Positions 7,275-16,720 of a DNA stretch of 61,491 nt are shown here, piece by piece; position 1 is the stretch's first letter, and the number at the start of each line of letters is the position of its first letter. The stretch is from Candidatus Falkowbacteria bacterium UBA2355. Its GTDB lineage: Bacteria > Patescibacteriota > Patescibacteriia > Patescibacteriales > Patescibacteriaceae. Both the position numbers and the translations under genes were made by a program. The stretch spans positions 1 to 61,491 of the forward strand of contig DDTV01000037.1 in the NCBI GenBank assembly GCA_002344425.1, given 5' to 3'. Under the pieces are notes generated by a model, which did no database searches, had not been told where the DNA came from, and saw nothing but the letters and a program-made list of their open reading frames with translations.

Positions 7275-7640
7275 ATGTTAGACAAAAAAGCCAAACAACG
7301 GCTCATTAACCGTTATAAGGTGCATGACACCGACACCGGTTCTCCTCAGGTTCAGATTGCAATCCTCTCCGAGGAAATCAATCAGTTGACCGATCACTTG
7401 AAAATGCATAAGCACGACTATTCATCCCGTCGCGGTTTATTGCGTAAGGTCGGTGAACGTCGCCGTTTGCTAAAATATTTGCAACGCGAGGATGAAAAAT
7501 CTTTCATGGAATTGGCACAGAAACTTAAGTTGAAGATTGCCAAAAAGATGATTGAAGAGGAAGAAGAGCGCAAGGCTATTGAAGCCGAATTGATGTCTGA
7601 TGACATTGCTCAAGATGCGGAAGCCGAAAAAAACGATTAA
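7275..7640 (+). CDS. rpsO: 30S ribosomal protein S15 with acidic C-terminal extension
   Basis: DTGSPQVQIAIL, HKHDYSSRRGLL, RRRLLKYL. Confidence 0.96.
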   Translation: MLDKKAKQRLINRYKVHDTDTGSPQVQIAILSEEINQLTDHLKMHKHDYSSRRGLLRKVGERRRLLKYLQREDEKSFMELAQKLKLKIAKKMIEEEEERKAIEAELMSDDIAQDAEAEKND

Positions 7641-7644
7641 TCAA

Positions 7645-7680
7645 AGCGGGAAGCGGGCTAATGGTCCGCTTCCGTTTGCT
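7645..7680 (+). terminator. Hairpin between rpsO and NYN gene (weak terminator or processing site)
   Basis: GGAAGCGGGC-taatg-GTCCGCTTCC stem with a short T tail. Confidence 0.45.
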
Positions 7681-7683
7681 AGT

Positions 7684-8187
7684 ATGACAAAACACAAAGA
7701 TCAGCGCGTAGCGGTATTGGTCGACGCGGCCAATATGTACCACTCCGCCAAAAATTTATATAAACGCCGCGTCAATTTCAAGGAAGTTTTGAAAGCCGCT
7801 GTCGCCGACCGCCGCTTGGTTCGCGCTATCGCCTATGTAATACGCGGCGCTTCAAACGATGAAGAAGAGAATTTCTTCGAAGCTTTGAGCAATCAGGGTT
7901 TTGAAGTCATTATTAAAGACTTGCAGGTTTTTTCCGGCGGCGCGCGCAAGGCTGATTGGGATGTCGGGATCGCGATTGATGCAATCAAGCTCTCCGATCA
8001 TGTTGACGTCATTGTTTTGGTCTCAGGCGACGGAGATTATATTCCCTTGGTTGATTATTTACAGGCCGCTAAGGGCTGCCGAGTTGAAGCTATGGCTTTC
8101 AGACAGACGACCTCTTCGAAATTGATCGAGGAAGTCGATGATTTCACAAGCTTGAGCGACAACCGGAAGTTTTTAATCGGTCGTTAA
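7684..8187 (+). CDS. NYN/LabA-DUF88 (PIN-like) domain protein
   Basis: Start at ATG 7684; VLVDAANMY, KADWDVGIAID and LVSGDGDYIPL motifs. Confidence 0.9.
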   Translation: MTKHKDQRVAVLVDAANMYHSAKNLYKRRVNFKEVLKAAVADRRLVRAIAYVIRGASNDEEENFFEALSNQGFEVIIKDLQVFSGGARKADWDVGIAIDAIKLSDHVDVIVLVSGDGDYIPLVDYLQAAKGCRVEAMAFRQTTSSKLIEEVDDFTSLSDNRKFLIGR

Positions 8188-8198
8188 TTATTAATTAA

Positions 8199-8260
8199 GT
8201 CTGGCCGGCAAACAGACAGAACTGCGGTTATTCCCCAGTCCTTTAGTTTGTCGGGCAGAC
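8199..8260 (+). promoter_or_regulatory. Long stem in pnp leader (RNase III-site-like)
   Basis: GTCTGGCCGGCAAAC pairs with GTTTGTCGGGCAGAC, ending 12 nt before the pnp ATG. Confidence 0.5.
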
Positions 8261-8272
8261 ACATATAAAAAT

Positions 8273-10504
8273 ATGAACAAAGAACATGTGTTTACCTGCG
8301 ACTGGCTCGGCCGGCCGCTAACTTTTAAGACCGGACGTTTGGCCAAACAAGCCGACGCCGCGGTAACCGTTCAATACGGCGATACGGTTGTTTTGGCAAC
8401 TGTTGTTCAAGCCAAAGAAGCCCGCGAAGGCACGGATTTCTTTCCTTTGATGGTTGAATTTGAAGAACGTCTTTACGCCGCTGGCATTATCAAGGGCTCG
8501 CGCTGGGTGAAGCGCGAAGGCCGTCCGACTGATGAAGCGATTTTAACCGGACGCATGATTGATCGCTCGGTTCGTCCCCTGTTTGACCAAGCTTCACGCC
8601 GAGATGTCCAAGTCGTCATTACCGTTTTATCGGTTGACCAAGAAAACGATTACGATGTCGTCAGTTTGGTGGCCGCTTCGGCCGCCTTGGCTGCCTCCGG
8701 AGTCGAATGGAAGGGCCCCTTGGGCGGCATTCGCGTCGGACGCCTTAACGGTCAATTGATTTTTAATCCGACTTACAAGGATCGCGTCGAAAGCGATTTG
8801 GATTTGATTGTTGCCGCTACCAGAGAACGAGTTTTAATGATTGAAGCCGGCGCCAAGGAAGTTCCTGAAGCCGATATTTTAGAAGCTATTCTCGAGGGCC
8901 AGAAGGCCATGTCTCCGGCAATCGCTTTGATTGAAGAAATGACCAAGTCATTGCAAGTTGTCCAACACGAGAGAACTATCCGAAAAGTTGAAGAGAAAAT
9001 CGATCAAGCCAAGGTTGATGTTCTGGCCTCAGCCGGAGATTGGTTGAAAGACAATGTAAAGAATATTTTATTTGATAAAACTTATTACACCAAAGGTGAG
9101 CGTAAGGCCGCGGTCTCAGCCATCAAAGAACAGCTTGATGACTTTTTGATGGAAAAAGGTTATGAAGCCGATTATCGCAAAGTCGCCATCAAACAATTGG
9201 TTGAGGCGGCGGTTGAAGCCGAAGTAACGCGGGCGATTCTTGATGAAAAGCGCCGCGTTGACGGACGCGCTTTGAATGAAATCCGAACTCTGGAAGCTGA
9301 TACGGAAATGTTGCCGCGCAATCACGGCGCCGCCCTATTTTCTCGCGGCGAGACGCAGGTTTTGGCGGTCGTCACGCTTGGCGCGCCCGGCGACGAACAA
9401 TCTTTGGAAGGCCTTGAAGGCGAAGGCAAAAAGCGCTTCATGCTTCATTACAATTTCCCGCCATACTCGGTCGGCGAAGCCAAACCGATGCGCGGCGCGG
9501 GCCGCCGTGAAATCGGCCACGGCGCTTTGGCGGAAAAAGCCATTGCTTCCTTAATCCCGCCCAAAGAAGAATTTCCTTATACGGTTCGCGTCGTTGCCGA
9601 AACGCTCGGTTCAAACGGCTCCTCCTCGATGGCCTCGACTTGCGCCGCTTCTCTGGCTTTATTTGATGCCGGCGTACCGATTAAAAAAGCCGTGGCCGGC
9701 GTGGCTATGGGCTTGGCCTCTGTGCCTGATATGAGCCGCTGGGAAGTTTTGACCGATTTGCAAGATTTAGAAGACGGCGAAGGCGGTATGGACTTTAAGA
9801 TTACGGGTACCGAAGACGGTATCACCGCGATTCAACTCGATACTAAAACCATTGGCTTGGATAAAGCGATTATCGAAAAAACTTTGACTGACGGTAAGAC
9901 GGCTCGATTGAAGGTTTTGGAAGTTATGAACTCAGTGCTTTCATCGGCTCGTCCGGAATTGTCAAAGTATGCGCCGCGCATCACTACGATGCAAATTGAT
10001 CCGGAAAAAATCGGAGAAGTTATCGGTAGCGGCGGCAAGGTCATTAATGAAATTATCGATGTTTGCGGAGTTTCGATTGATATTGAAGATTCCGGTTTGG
10101 TAATGGTTTGCGGTTCTGACGCGGAAGGAGTTAAGAAAGCTTTGGAATGGATTAACAATATTATCCGTGAATTTGAAGCGGGCGAAGTTTATACCGGTAA
10201 AGTTGTGCGCATGCTCGACTTCGGCGCCTTTGTTGAATTATTGCCGGGCCGCGACGGAATGGTCCATGTTTCCGAAATGGCGCCTTACCGAGTTTCTTCA
10301 CCGGACGCTTTCCTTGAATTGGGACAGACGGTTACGGTCAAGATTAAAGAGATAGATGAAAAAGGCCGCGTTAATTTGACGATGAAGGGTTTGCCGGAAA
10401 ATGAAGCCTTATGGGTAGGAGAGAAAGGCAAACAAAGTGGTGATTTCAATTCGGCGCCGCGCCGCGACTTTAATTCCCGTCCGCCGCGCCGCCCTCGTTA
10501 CTAA
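8273..10504 (+). CDS. pnp: Polyribonucleotide nucleotidyltransferase
   Basis: Two RNase PH domains (FFPLMV, RREIGHG, SNGSSSMAS, MDFKITG), KH (IGEVIGSGGK) and S1 domains. Confidence 0.97.
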   Translation: MNKEHVFTCDWLGRPLTFKTGRLAKQADAAVTVQYGDTVVLATVVQAKEAREGTDFFPLMVEFEERLYAAGIIKGSRWVKREGRPTDEAILTGRMIDRSVRPLFDQASRRDVQVVITVLSVDQENDYDVVSLVAASAALAASGVEWKGPLGGIRVGRLNGQLIFNPTYKDRVESDLDLIVAATRERVLMIEAGAKEVPEADILEAILEGQKAMSPAIALIEEMTKSLQVVQHERTIRKVEEKIDQAKVDVLASAGDWLKDNVKNILFDKTYYTKGERKAAVSAIKEQLDDFLMEKGYEADYRKVAIKQLVEAAVEAEVTRAILDEKRRVDGRALNEIRTLEADTEMLPRNHGAALFSRGETQVLAVVTLGAPGDEQSLEGLEGEGKKRFMLHYNFPPYSVGEAKPMRGAGRREIGHGALAEKAIASLIPPKEEFPYTVRVVAETLGSNGSSSMASTCAASLALFDAGVPIKKAVAGVAMGLASVPDMSRWEVLTDLQDLEDGEGGMDFKITGTEDGITAIQLDTKTIGLDKAIIEKTLTDGKTARLKVLEVMNSVLSSARPELSKYAPRITTMQIDPEKIGEVIGSGGKVINEIIDVCGVSIDIEDSGLVMVCGSDAEGVKKALEWINNIIREFEAGEVYTGKVVRMLDFGAFVELLPGRDGMVHVSEMAPYRVSSPDAFLELGQTVTVKIKEIDEKGRVNLTMKGLPENEALWVGEKGKQSGDFNSAPRRDFNSRPPRRPRY

Positions 10505-10508
10505 TAAT

Positions 10509-11564
10509 ATGAGCGAAGAAAAAAACTCCATGCGCATAGTCCTGACCACTTCTAGTTTGGTCAGGATTTTGGCCGTTTTGCTCTTGGTTTATTTTGCCTA
10601 TTTAATCCAGGACATTTTGGCGATTTTGTTTATTGCCGTTATTCTTTCCAGCGCGATTGATCCTTGGGTTGATTGGATGCAGAAACGAGGTTTGCCGCGC
10701 ACGCTTGGAATTTCTTTGATTTATCTATTGATGCTCGGCGTTTTGGGTACGGCGGTTTATTTGATTATTCCGCCCATCATGGAGCAGGCCAATCAATTGG
10801 CGCGCGATTTGCCGACTTATGTTGACCGTTTAGGAGAATTCTTATCACGCTTCCGCGATTATACCGCGGCGCATGGTTGGTTGGATAATATCAAAAATTC
10901 CTTGGGCTCCAGCACTTCGAATTTGCAGGCCGCGGCCGGCAATGCCTTTACCGCGATTTTTAACTTCTTCGGCGGCATCTTTTCCTTGATTATAGTTTTG
11001 GTGATTACCTTTTATATGATTGTTGAAGAGAACGCCGTACGTAAGCTGGTTTGGTCTTTGACCCCTGAGCAACACCAGTCATATATCATGGACCTCTTTA
11101 ATCGCGTTCAACGCAAAATGGGTTTGTGGTTGCGCGGTCAGTTGATTCTATGTCTGATAATTTTCGCCTTAACTTATTTGGGCTTGAGCATACTCGGAGT
11201 TAAATACGCTTTGATACTCGCTCTGATTGCCGGACTGACTGAATTCATCCCTTATCTGGGCCCTTTTCTCGGCGGCGTTCCGGCGGTTTTTTTGGCCTTT
11301 ACTCAATCGCCGACGCTGGCAATTTTTGTCGCCATACTTTATATCATAGTTCAACAGATTGAAAATAATTTCCTGACTCCCAAGATTATGGAAAAGGCGG
11401 TCGGACTCAATCCGATAGTTTCCATTGCGGCCATCATGGTCGGTTTTTCCATCGGCGGAGTTATCGGTGCCCTCTTGTCCATTCCGGTGGCGACTGCGGC
11501 AGTTGTTGTTATTCAGGATTTACTGCATAAAAAACAAGCCAAAGAGAGCGGGGAGTTTGAATAA
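10509..11564 (+). CDS. AI-2E family transporter
   Basis: Start at ATG 10509; LWLRGQL, EFIPYLGP, QQIENNFLTPKIM, GALLSIP. Confidence 0.9.
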   Translation: MSEEKNSMRIVLTTSSLVRILAVLLLVYFAYLIQDILAILFIAVILSSAIDPWVDWMQKRGLPRTLGISLIYLLMLGVLGTAVYLIIPPIMEQANQLARDLPTYVDRLGEFLSRFRDYTAAHGWLDNIKNSLGSSTSNLQAAAGNAFTAIFNFFGGIFSLIIVLVITFYMIVEENAVRKLVWSLTPEQHQSYIMDLFNRVQRKMGLWLRGQLILCLIIFALTYLGLSILGVKYALILALIAGLTEFIPYLGPFLGGVPAVFLAFTQSPTLAIFVAILYIIVQQIENNFLTPKIMEKAVGLNPIVSIAAIMVGFSIGGVIGALLSIPVATAAVVVIQDLLHKKQAKESGEFE

Positions 11565-11567
11565 ATC

Positions 11568-11596
11568 TTGACAATTTTAATTTTTTCTGATAAATT
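11568..11596 (+). promoter_or_regulatory. Sigma70-type promoter
   Basis: TTGACA-17 nt-TAAATT with TGn extension. Confidence 0.55.
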
Positions 11597-11629
11597 TGGC
11601 AATTAAACAAAACAAGATAAGGAGTGATA

Positions 11630-12019
11630 ATGCACATTACAAATTATTTGCCGCAAATAATATTAATCACCTTTGTTCTCGGCGCCATTCTTTTTTGGCC
11701 GGTTATGACTCTGATTAATAAATATGCTGGGCCGGTTTTAAAAGGTAAGGGTAGATTTTTAAGCGCCACTCGAATAGAGGAAAACATCCCAATTCTCAGT
11801 GCTTTACCTGATGTTGAATCGCCCGGTACCTATCTGGCTCCACCGGTGGAAGTTGAACATGTCTCATATGAAATAGAAATAGAAAGTCTTGAAAGTGGAG
11901 TGAAATTCAAAACCTCTGTTCCCGAGGAAGTCTATTATAAGATTCCTGATGAGGTGGAAATAACATGGCGCAAAGAGTTGCTGACCGGCAAAGATTTCGG
12001 TTATCGTATTGCCAGTTAA
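11630..12019 (+). CDS. Hypothetical membrane-anchored protein
   Basis: N-terminal TM then a beta-rich region; AAGGAG SD upstream of ATG 11630. Confidence 0.65.
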   Translation: MHITNYLPQIILITFVLGAILFWPVMTLINKYAGPVLKGKGRFLSATRIEENIPILSALPDVESPGTYLAPPVEVEHVSYEIEIESLESGVKFKTSVPEEVYYKIPDEVEITWRKELLTGKDFGYRIAS

Positions 12020-12038
12020 ATTAAGCGGCAATTATAAT

Positions 12039-12069
12039 AAAAAGTCCTCTGTTTTTTCAGAGGACTTTT
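12039..12069. terminator. Bidirectional terminator
   Basis: AAAAGTCCTCTG-loop-CAGAGGACTTTT between convergent genes. Confidence 0.8.
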
Positions 12070-12613
12070 ATAATTCGGCCAGTGCCCTATCTATTAAGGC
12101 GTTTAATTGAGATTCTTCTTCAGGGGTGAAACGTTGCAAAACAAACTTATCGCCGGGAATCTTTTCTTTGGCGGGGCTGGCGACGCCGAGTCTCAAACGT
12201 TTGAAATTTTTGGTTTTCAAACTATCAATAATCGATTGGACGCCGTTATGTCCGGCACTCCCCGAGTTGGTCGAAAGTTTAAAAGTATTGAAGGGAAGAT
12301 CAAGCTCATCATGAATGACTACCAATGAATCACTTAAATCTATATTTTTTCTAAGAGGTAAAATTCCTGCAAAAGGTAATCTTTTAGAGTATCTCATAAC
12401 ACCCACGACAGCCTTGCCCGAATCATTCATGAAAGTTAATGGCTTTACTAATATATAGTCTGAATCCTCCGCTATCAGGGCTTTGAATTTCTTATTATCT
12501 TTCCAGCTTAGGTTTTTGCGCCGCGCCAATATATCAACGGCCATAAAGCCGAAGTTGTGTCTTGTTTTCTCGTATTTTTGTCCTGGGTTGCCCAGACCGA
12601 CGATGATACGCAT
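12068..12613 (-). CDS. pth: Peptidyl-tRNA hydrolase
   Basis: IVGLGNPG, TRHNFGF, KPLTFMNDSG, HDELDL, AGHNG. Confidence 0.96.
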   Translation of the reverse strand: MRIIVGLGNPGQKYEKTRHNFGFMAVDILARRKNLSWKDNKKFKALIAEDSDYILVKPLTFMNDSGKAVVGVMRYSKRLPFAGILPLRKNIDLSDSLVVIHDELDLPFNTFKLSTNSGSAGHNGVQSIIDSLKTKNFKRLRLGVASPAKEKIPGDKFVLQRFTPEEESQLNALIDRALAEL

Positions 12614-12625
12614 AACTATAGTATA

Positions 12626-14020
12626 TTATGAATCATGCAAGCCGTGCACATCGCGGCCCTTTTTCACCCACATTGAAATCGGCGTGCCGAGAAAACCGAA
12701 TTTGGCGCGCAATTGATTTTCTAAAAATTTTAAATAGGAATCGGCCAAGCTTTGGCGGGGTCCGATTTGCACCATGAAGCTCGGCGGATTGGTGCTTGTT
12801 TGTTTAAACTCGAAAATGCGCGGATATTTAGTGCCGCGGCCCTTGGTCGGGCGATGTTTCTTAACGGCCGTTCTCAAAAGTCGATCGGTCGCCGAGTCAG
12901 GCAGCATAATATGGCGCTGGGCATCGACTTCAAGAATCAAATCCAAAAGTTGATTGATGCGGGCGCGGTTTTTGGCCGACAAGAATTGAATCGGCGCATA
13001 AGTTGCAAAAGGCAATTCGCCGTAAATATAATTGGAGAATTTTTTCGGATCCCGATCCTCGGCCAAATCCCATTTATTGGCGACAAAAATCAAGCTTTTA
13101 TGGCGACCGGTAATTTCTTCGATTAAGCGGGCGTCTTGTTTGGTCAGGGGTTCGGAAATATCAAGCACCAAAATCGCCAAGTCGGACTTATTGACCGCCG
13201 CCAAACTTTTATCCATGCTGAATTTTTCCAGGGTGTCGACTTTATGTCCGTGCTTGGTTATGCCGGCCGTATCAACGAATTCAATCGAGCGGTTTTTATA
13301 AGAAAAGATTTCGCGTTGCGGTTCGCGGGTCGTATGCGGAATCGCTGAAACGATAACTCGGGGAAAACCGAGGATGGCGTTGATTAAGCTTGATTTGCCG
13401 ACATTCGGTTTGCCGATAATCGCGACCTTCAGCACATTTTCCGCCTTGCTCTCGGGAGCTTTTTCTTCGGATAAAGACAAGGGTGAAATTTTTGTATAAA
13501 TTACATCTAACAAATCTCCGGTGCCGGCGCCGGTCGCGGCCGACACGGCGGTCACCTCGCCGAGGCCGAGCTTCATAAATTCAATCGAAGAAGCTTGCAA
13601 TGATTTTTTTTCCGCCTTATTGGCGATGACCATGATTTTTTTCTGATCGGGAATAATGCGCTTGATAATTGCGGCCATGGTTTTATCTTGGGGCAGAAGT
13701 CCGTCGCGCGCATCAACCACGAAAAGCACCAGATCGGCTTTTTTTATAAAATCGCGGGCTTGCTTTTGAACGTGTTCATCTATTGTTTCGGCTTTGATTT
13801 TTCTTAAGCGCAAGAAATCAAAATCCATAAACCCGCCGGTATCAACGAGTTCGAAGCTTTGGCCGCGCCAAACCACACTGCCTAAATTGGCATCGCGCGT
13901 CGTTCCAGGAATATCGGAAACCAGCGCGCCGTGCCGCTCGATCAAGCAGTTGAATAAAGTTGATTTTCCGACGTTGGTGCGTCCGAAAATTACGACAAGA
14001 GGTGCTTTGGGACTTGTCAT
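12626..14020 (-). CDS. der: Ribosome biogenesis GTPase Der (EngA)
   Basis: Two G domains (GRTNVGKS, GKPNVGKS; DTGG/DTAG; NKAE/NKWD) plus KH-like C-terminus. Confidence 0.95.
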   Translation of the reverse strand: MTSPKAPLVVIFGRTNVGKSTLFNCLIERHGALVSDIPGTTRDANLGSVVWRGQSFELVDTGGFMDFDFLRLRKIKAETIDEHVQKQARDFIKKADLVLFVVDARDGLLPQDKTMAAIIKRIIPDQKKIMVIANKAEKKSLQASSIEFMKLGLGEVTAVSAATGAGTGDLLDVIYTKISPLSLSEEKAPESKAENVLKVAIIGKPNVGKSSLINAILGFPRVIVSAIPHTTREPQREIFSYKNRSIEFVDTAGITKHGHKVDTLEKFSMDKSLAAVNKSDLAILVLDISEPLTKQDARLIEEITGRHKSLIFVANKWDLAEDRDPKKFSNYIYGELPFATYAPIQFLSAKNRARINQLLDLILEVDAQRHIMLPDSATDRLLRTAVKKHRPTKGRGTKYPRIFEFKQTSTNPPSFMVQIGPRQSLADSYLKFLENQLRAKFGFLGTPISMWVKKGRDVHGLHDS

Positions 14021-14021
14021 T

Positions 14022-15506
14022 TTAATTGGGGTTGGCCGTACCCGAGGAATTTTTATCCGCGTCGGTACCGAGAATTATAATAAAGTCAGGTTGTTGCGAG
14101 CGGCGTTCGGCATTTTTCGCAGCCAGTTCTTCTTTTAGCCAATCCGGCAAGGTCGGCGCGATATTGGCATTTGTTTCTTCTTTGAGTTTTTGCAAGGCTT
14201 CGCGTTTGGCGCCGAAACTCAAATCATATATAACGGACTTTTCAAAATTTTTACGGCTGGAATTTCCGATTTCGATAATTTCCATACCGAGACTTTCAAG
14301 TTCCAAAGCCTTTCTTCCGCCCAAGCCGTTAACCCAAGTGCCGTTCAAGACGCTGATGCTGGCCTTTAGCGAAGTCTTTTTGCCAGCGCTGGGGCTGGAT
14401 TGTTCTGCTGGAGTGCCGAAGATTTGATCAAAAAGATATTGTATCTCAGAAAAGTCACCTGAGCGCGGGCTTAAGATATATGCCCCGTTGTCGCCTCGTC
14501 CGTCGACCAAGAGGCCGCTCGGGCTATTGTCCAAAACCTTGTTGATGATGTTTTCGGATTTAATCTCTTTTACAAAAGACCAGAGTTTTATAATTTCCCA
14601 AACTTTTATGTTGGTAGAAATATTATCTTCAACCGTTTGGATGATGGAACTGATTTTTCTGGGGTTCAAAAGAAAGCCGGCTTTGAGCGCCTTTTCTTTG
14701 ACTGCTTCTAGAATTTTTTGCTGACGTCTAGCTCGTGCAAAATCCGAGCCTTCGCCATTGGTGCCGTGCCGGCTGCGTGCGTATTTAAGCGCCAAGGCGC
14801 CGTCCATATGCTGCCAGCCCTCGTCAAAATGAAGATGTTCATAGCGGCTGTAATAATTAGGGTTATCTTCCTGGCCTAAAATCGGATAGCTGTAATCGTC
14901 AAAGGCATTTTCAACATAAACATCAACCCCGTCGATTTGATCGATGATTTCTTCAAAGCCCTTGAAGTCGACTCGCAAGTAATAATCAATCGGCGCATCC
15001 AAAAGATCGCCGATGGCCTGCGAAGCGGCCAAGCCGCCGGAACCCGGTTCGCTCATTTCGGCAAAGGCGTTGACGTTGTTTATTTTTCGCCAGCCAGAGC
15101 CTTCAATCGGAATCGCTAAGTCGCGAGGAATTGACAGCATGGCAACTTGCTCGGTCGTCGGTTTAACACTGCCTACGATAATAGTATCGGTTAATTGTCC
15201 GCCGTCATGCCCCTTGCCTCCGACGCCCAATAACAGAAGATTGATGCGATCGCGGGCTTCGCCTTTTAATTCCCGATCGGCGCTTTCAGCCAAATGTTTT
15301 ACAGTACCGATGATGGGCAGCTTATCAACCCAGGTTTGTTTAGCGCTCGGCGCAAAATAATTCTTGATAAAAAAGAAAGCAAAAATCAAAGCAAAGAAAA
15401 TTGCGATATAAAGTAAGAATTTTAAGAAGGGCCGACGCTTAGGCGCGTGCATTTCCGGCTGATTGAGTCGCTCCAAGTCGCGGAGCATTTGATCGTTATT
15501 ATACAT
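14022..15506 (-). CDS. LCP (LytR-CpsA-Psr) family protein with C-terminal LytR_C-like domain
   Basis: N-terminal TM; TDTII, SIPRDL, KYARSRH, DFARARRQQ; VLNGT...G and FIIILG at the C-terminus. Confidence 0.92.
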   Translation of the reverse strand: MYNNDQMLRDLERLNQPEMHAPKRRPFLKFLLYIAIFFALIFAFFFIKNYFAPSAKQTWVDKLPIIGTVKHLAESADRELKGEARDRINLLLLGVGGKGHDGGQLTDTIIVGSVKPTTEQVAMLSIPRDLAIPIEGSGWRKINNVNAFAEMSEPGSGGLAASQAIGDLLDAPIDYYLRVDFKGFEEIIDQIDGVDVYVENAFDDYSYPILGQEDNPNYYSRYEHLHFDEGWQHMDGALALKYARSRHGTNGEGSDFARARRQQKILEAVKEKALKAGFLLNPRKISSIIQTVEDNISTNIKVWEIIKLWSFVKEIKSENIINKVLDNSPSGLLVDGRGDNGAYILSPRSGDFSEIQYLFDQIFGTPAEQSSPSAGKKTSLKASISVLNGTWVNGLGGRKALELESLGMEIIEIGNSSRKNFEKSVIYDLSFGAKREALQKLKEETNANIAPTLPDWLKEELAAKNAERRSQQPDFIIILGTDADKNSSGTANPN

Positions 15507-15552
15507 ACACTAAATAAACCAAAAATTAGTAAAAAAATCAAGTCTGGAGTGA

Positions 15553-15581
15553 TTGACGAGCGGCTCAAAATGACCTATAAT
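15553..15581 (+). promoter_or_regulatory. Sigma70-type promoter for the MBL-gyrA cluster
   Basis: TTGACG-17 nt-TATAAT. Confidence 0.7.
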
Positions 15582-15618
15582 TGAGAGGTATCTTTCTTAA
15601 TTTTTTAGACCATATTTC

Positions 15619-16266
15619 ATGCAAATCACTTGGTTGGGACACGCCGCTTTTCGTCTTCAAGGCAAAGTCGGCGCTGATCTCGTTACTGTCGTTACCGACC
15701 CTTATTCCAACGAAAAAACCGGCTTAAAGTTGCCGCGGCTAGAAGCTGATATAGTTACGATCAGTCATAATCATGACGATCACAATAATCGGGAAGCCGT
15801 GAAGGGCGAACCGACCTTTGTTGAGCAGGCCGGAGAATATGAATATAAGGGAGTCTTTATCGACGGCATACAATCTTTTCACGATGCCAACAAAGGTTCA
15901 GAGCGGGGAGAAAATATCATGTATCGATTTGAAATCGAAGATATTTCCATTGCTCATCTCGGCGATCTTGGCCATGAATTGGATGACAAGCAATTGGAGC
16001 GCCTTGAAGGCACTGACATATTATTGATTCCCGTCGGCGGCGTATATACGATTGACGCGCAGAAAGCCGTTTCGGTTATTAATCAAATTGAACCGCGCAT
16101 TATTATTCCGATGCATTATAAAGTGCCAGGTTTGAAATTTGATCTTGGTACGCTGGACCAGTTTTTAAAAGCCATTGCCATCAAACCTCGCTATGAGGAA
16201 AAATTGAAAATCTCCAAAAAAGAACTGCCGCAAGACGATATGGAAGTGGTGGTTTTATCTTTTTAA
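15619..16266 (+). CDS. Metallo-beta-lactamase-fold hydrolase (Lactamase_B_3-like)
   Basis: ITWLGHA, SHNHDDH, HLGDLG, IPMHY. Confidence 0.88.
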   Translation: MQITWLGHAAFRLQGKVGADLVTVVTDPYSNEKTGLKLPRLEADIVTISHNHDDHNNREAVKGEPTFVEQAGEYEYKGVFIDGIQSFHDANKGSERGENIMYRFEIEDISIAHLGDLGHELDDKQLERLEGTDILLIPVGGVYTIDAQKAVSVINQIEPRIIIPMHYKVPGLKFDLGTLDQFLKAIAIKPRYEEKLKISKKELPQDDMEVVVLSF

Positions 16267-16269
16267 TTT

Positions 16270-16713
16270 ATGCCTCGTCACGCCCTTAAAAAAGCCAAAG
16301 CGCCCCGCTCTCGCAAACCGCGGGCCAAGGTCAGCCATGCTTTGCCATTGCGTCCCGCCGGCCCTTCAGTGGCTCATGGCCATTCTTTGCATTTGGGCGA
16401 AGTCAGCTTAAAGAAGAATCAAGCTGATAAAAATCAGCGCTTGATTATGTGGCTCGGTATCAGTCTTCTTATGGTTGTTATTGTCGGCGCTTGGATTATG
16501 AATTTGAGCCAAGTTATCGGACCCGATACTTTTTCTACCAAGACTGAGGCCAGACAAGATGCTGAAGATTTGAAAGCTTTGCGCGATGATTTGCAAAACG
16601 CTTTTTCCGAAGTTAAGGACGATTTGAAACAATTCGAAGCTTTGACACAAACAAGTCCGAGCGCCACGCCGTCGGTCAGCCCGACCGTTTTACCAAACAC
16701 CTTACCTAATTAA
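16270..16713 (+). CDS. Hypothetical single-pass membrane protein
   Basis: Basic N-terminus, one TM, coiled-coil and Pro/Ser/Thr tail; tightly packed in the operon. Confidence 0.7.
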   Translation: MPRHALKKAKAPRSRKPRAKVSHALPLRPAGPSVAHGHSLHLGEVSLKKNQADKNQRLIMWLGISLLMVVIVGAWIMNLSQVIGPDTFSTKTEARQDAEDLKALRDDLQNAFSEVKDDLKQFEALTQTSPSATPSVSPTVLPNTLPN

Positions 16714-16720
16714 TTTTTGT

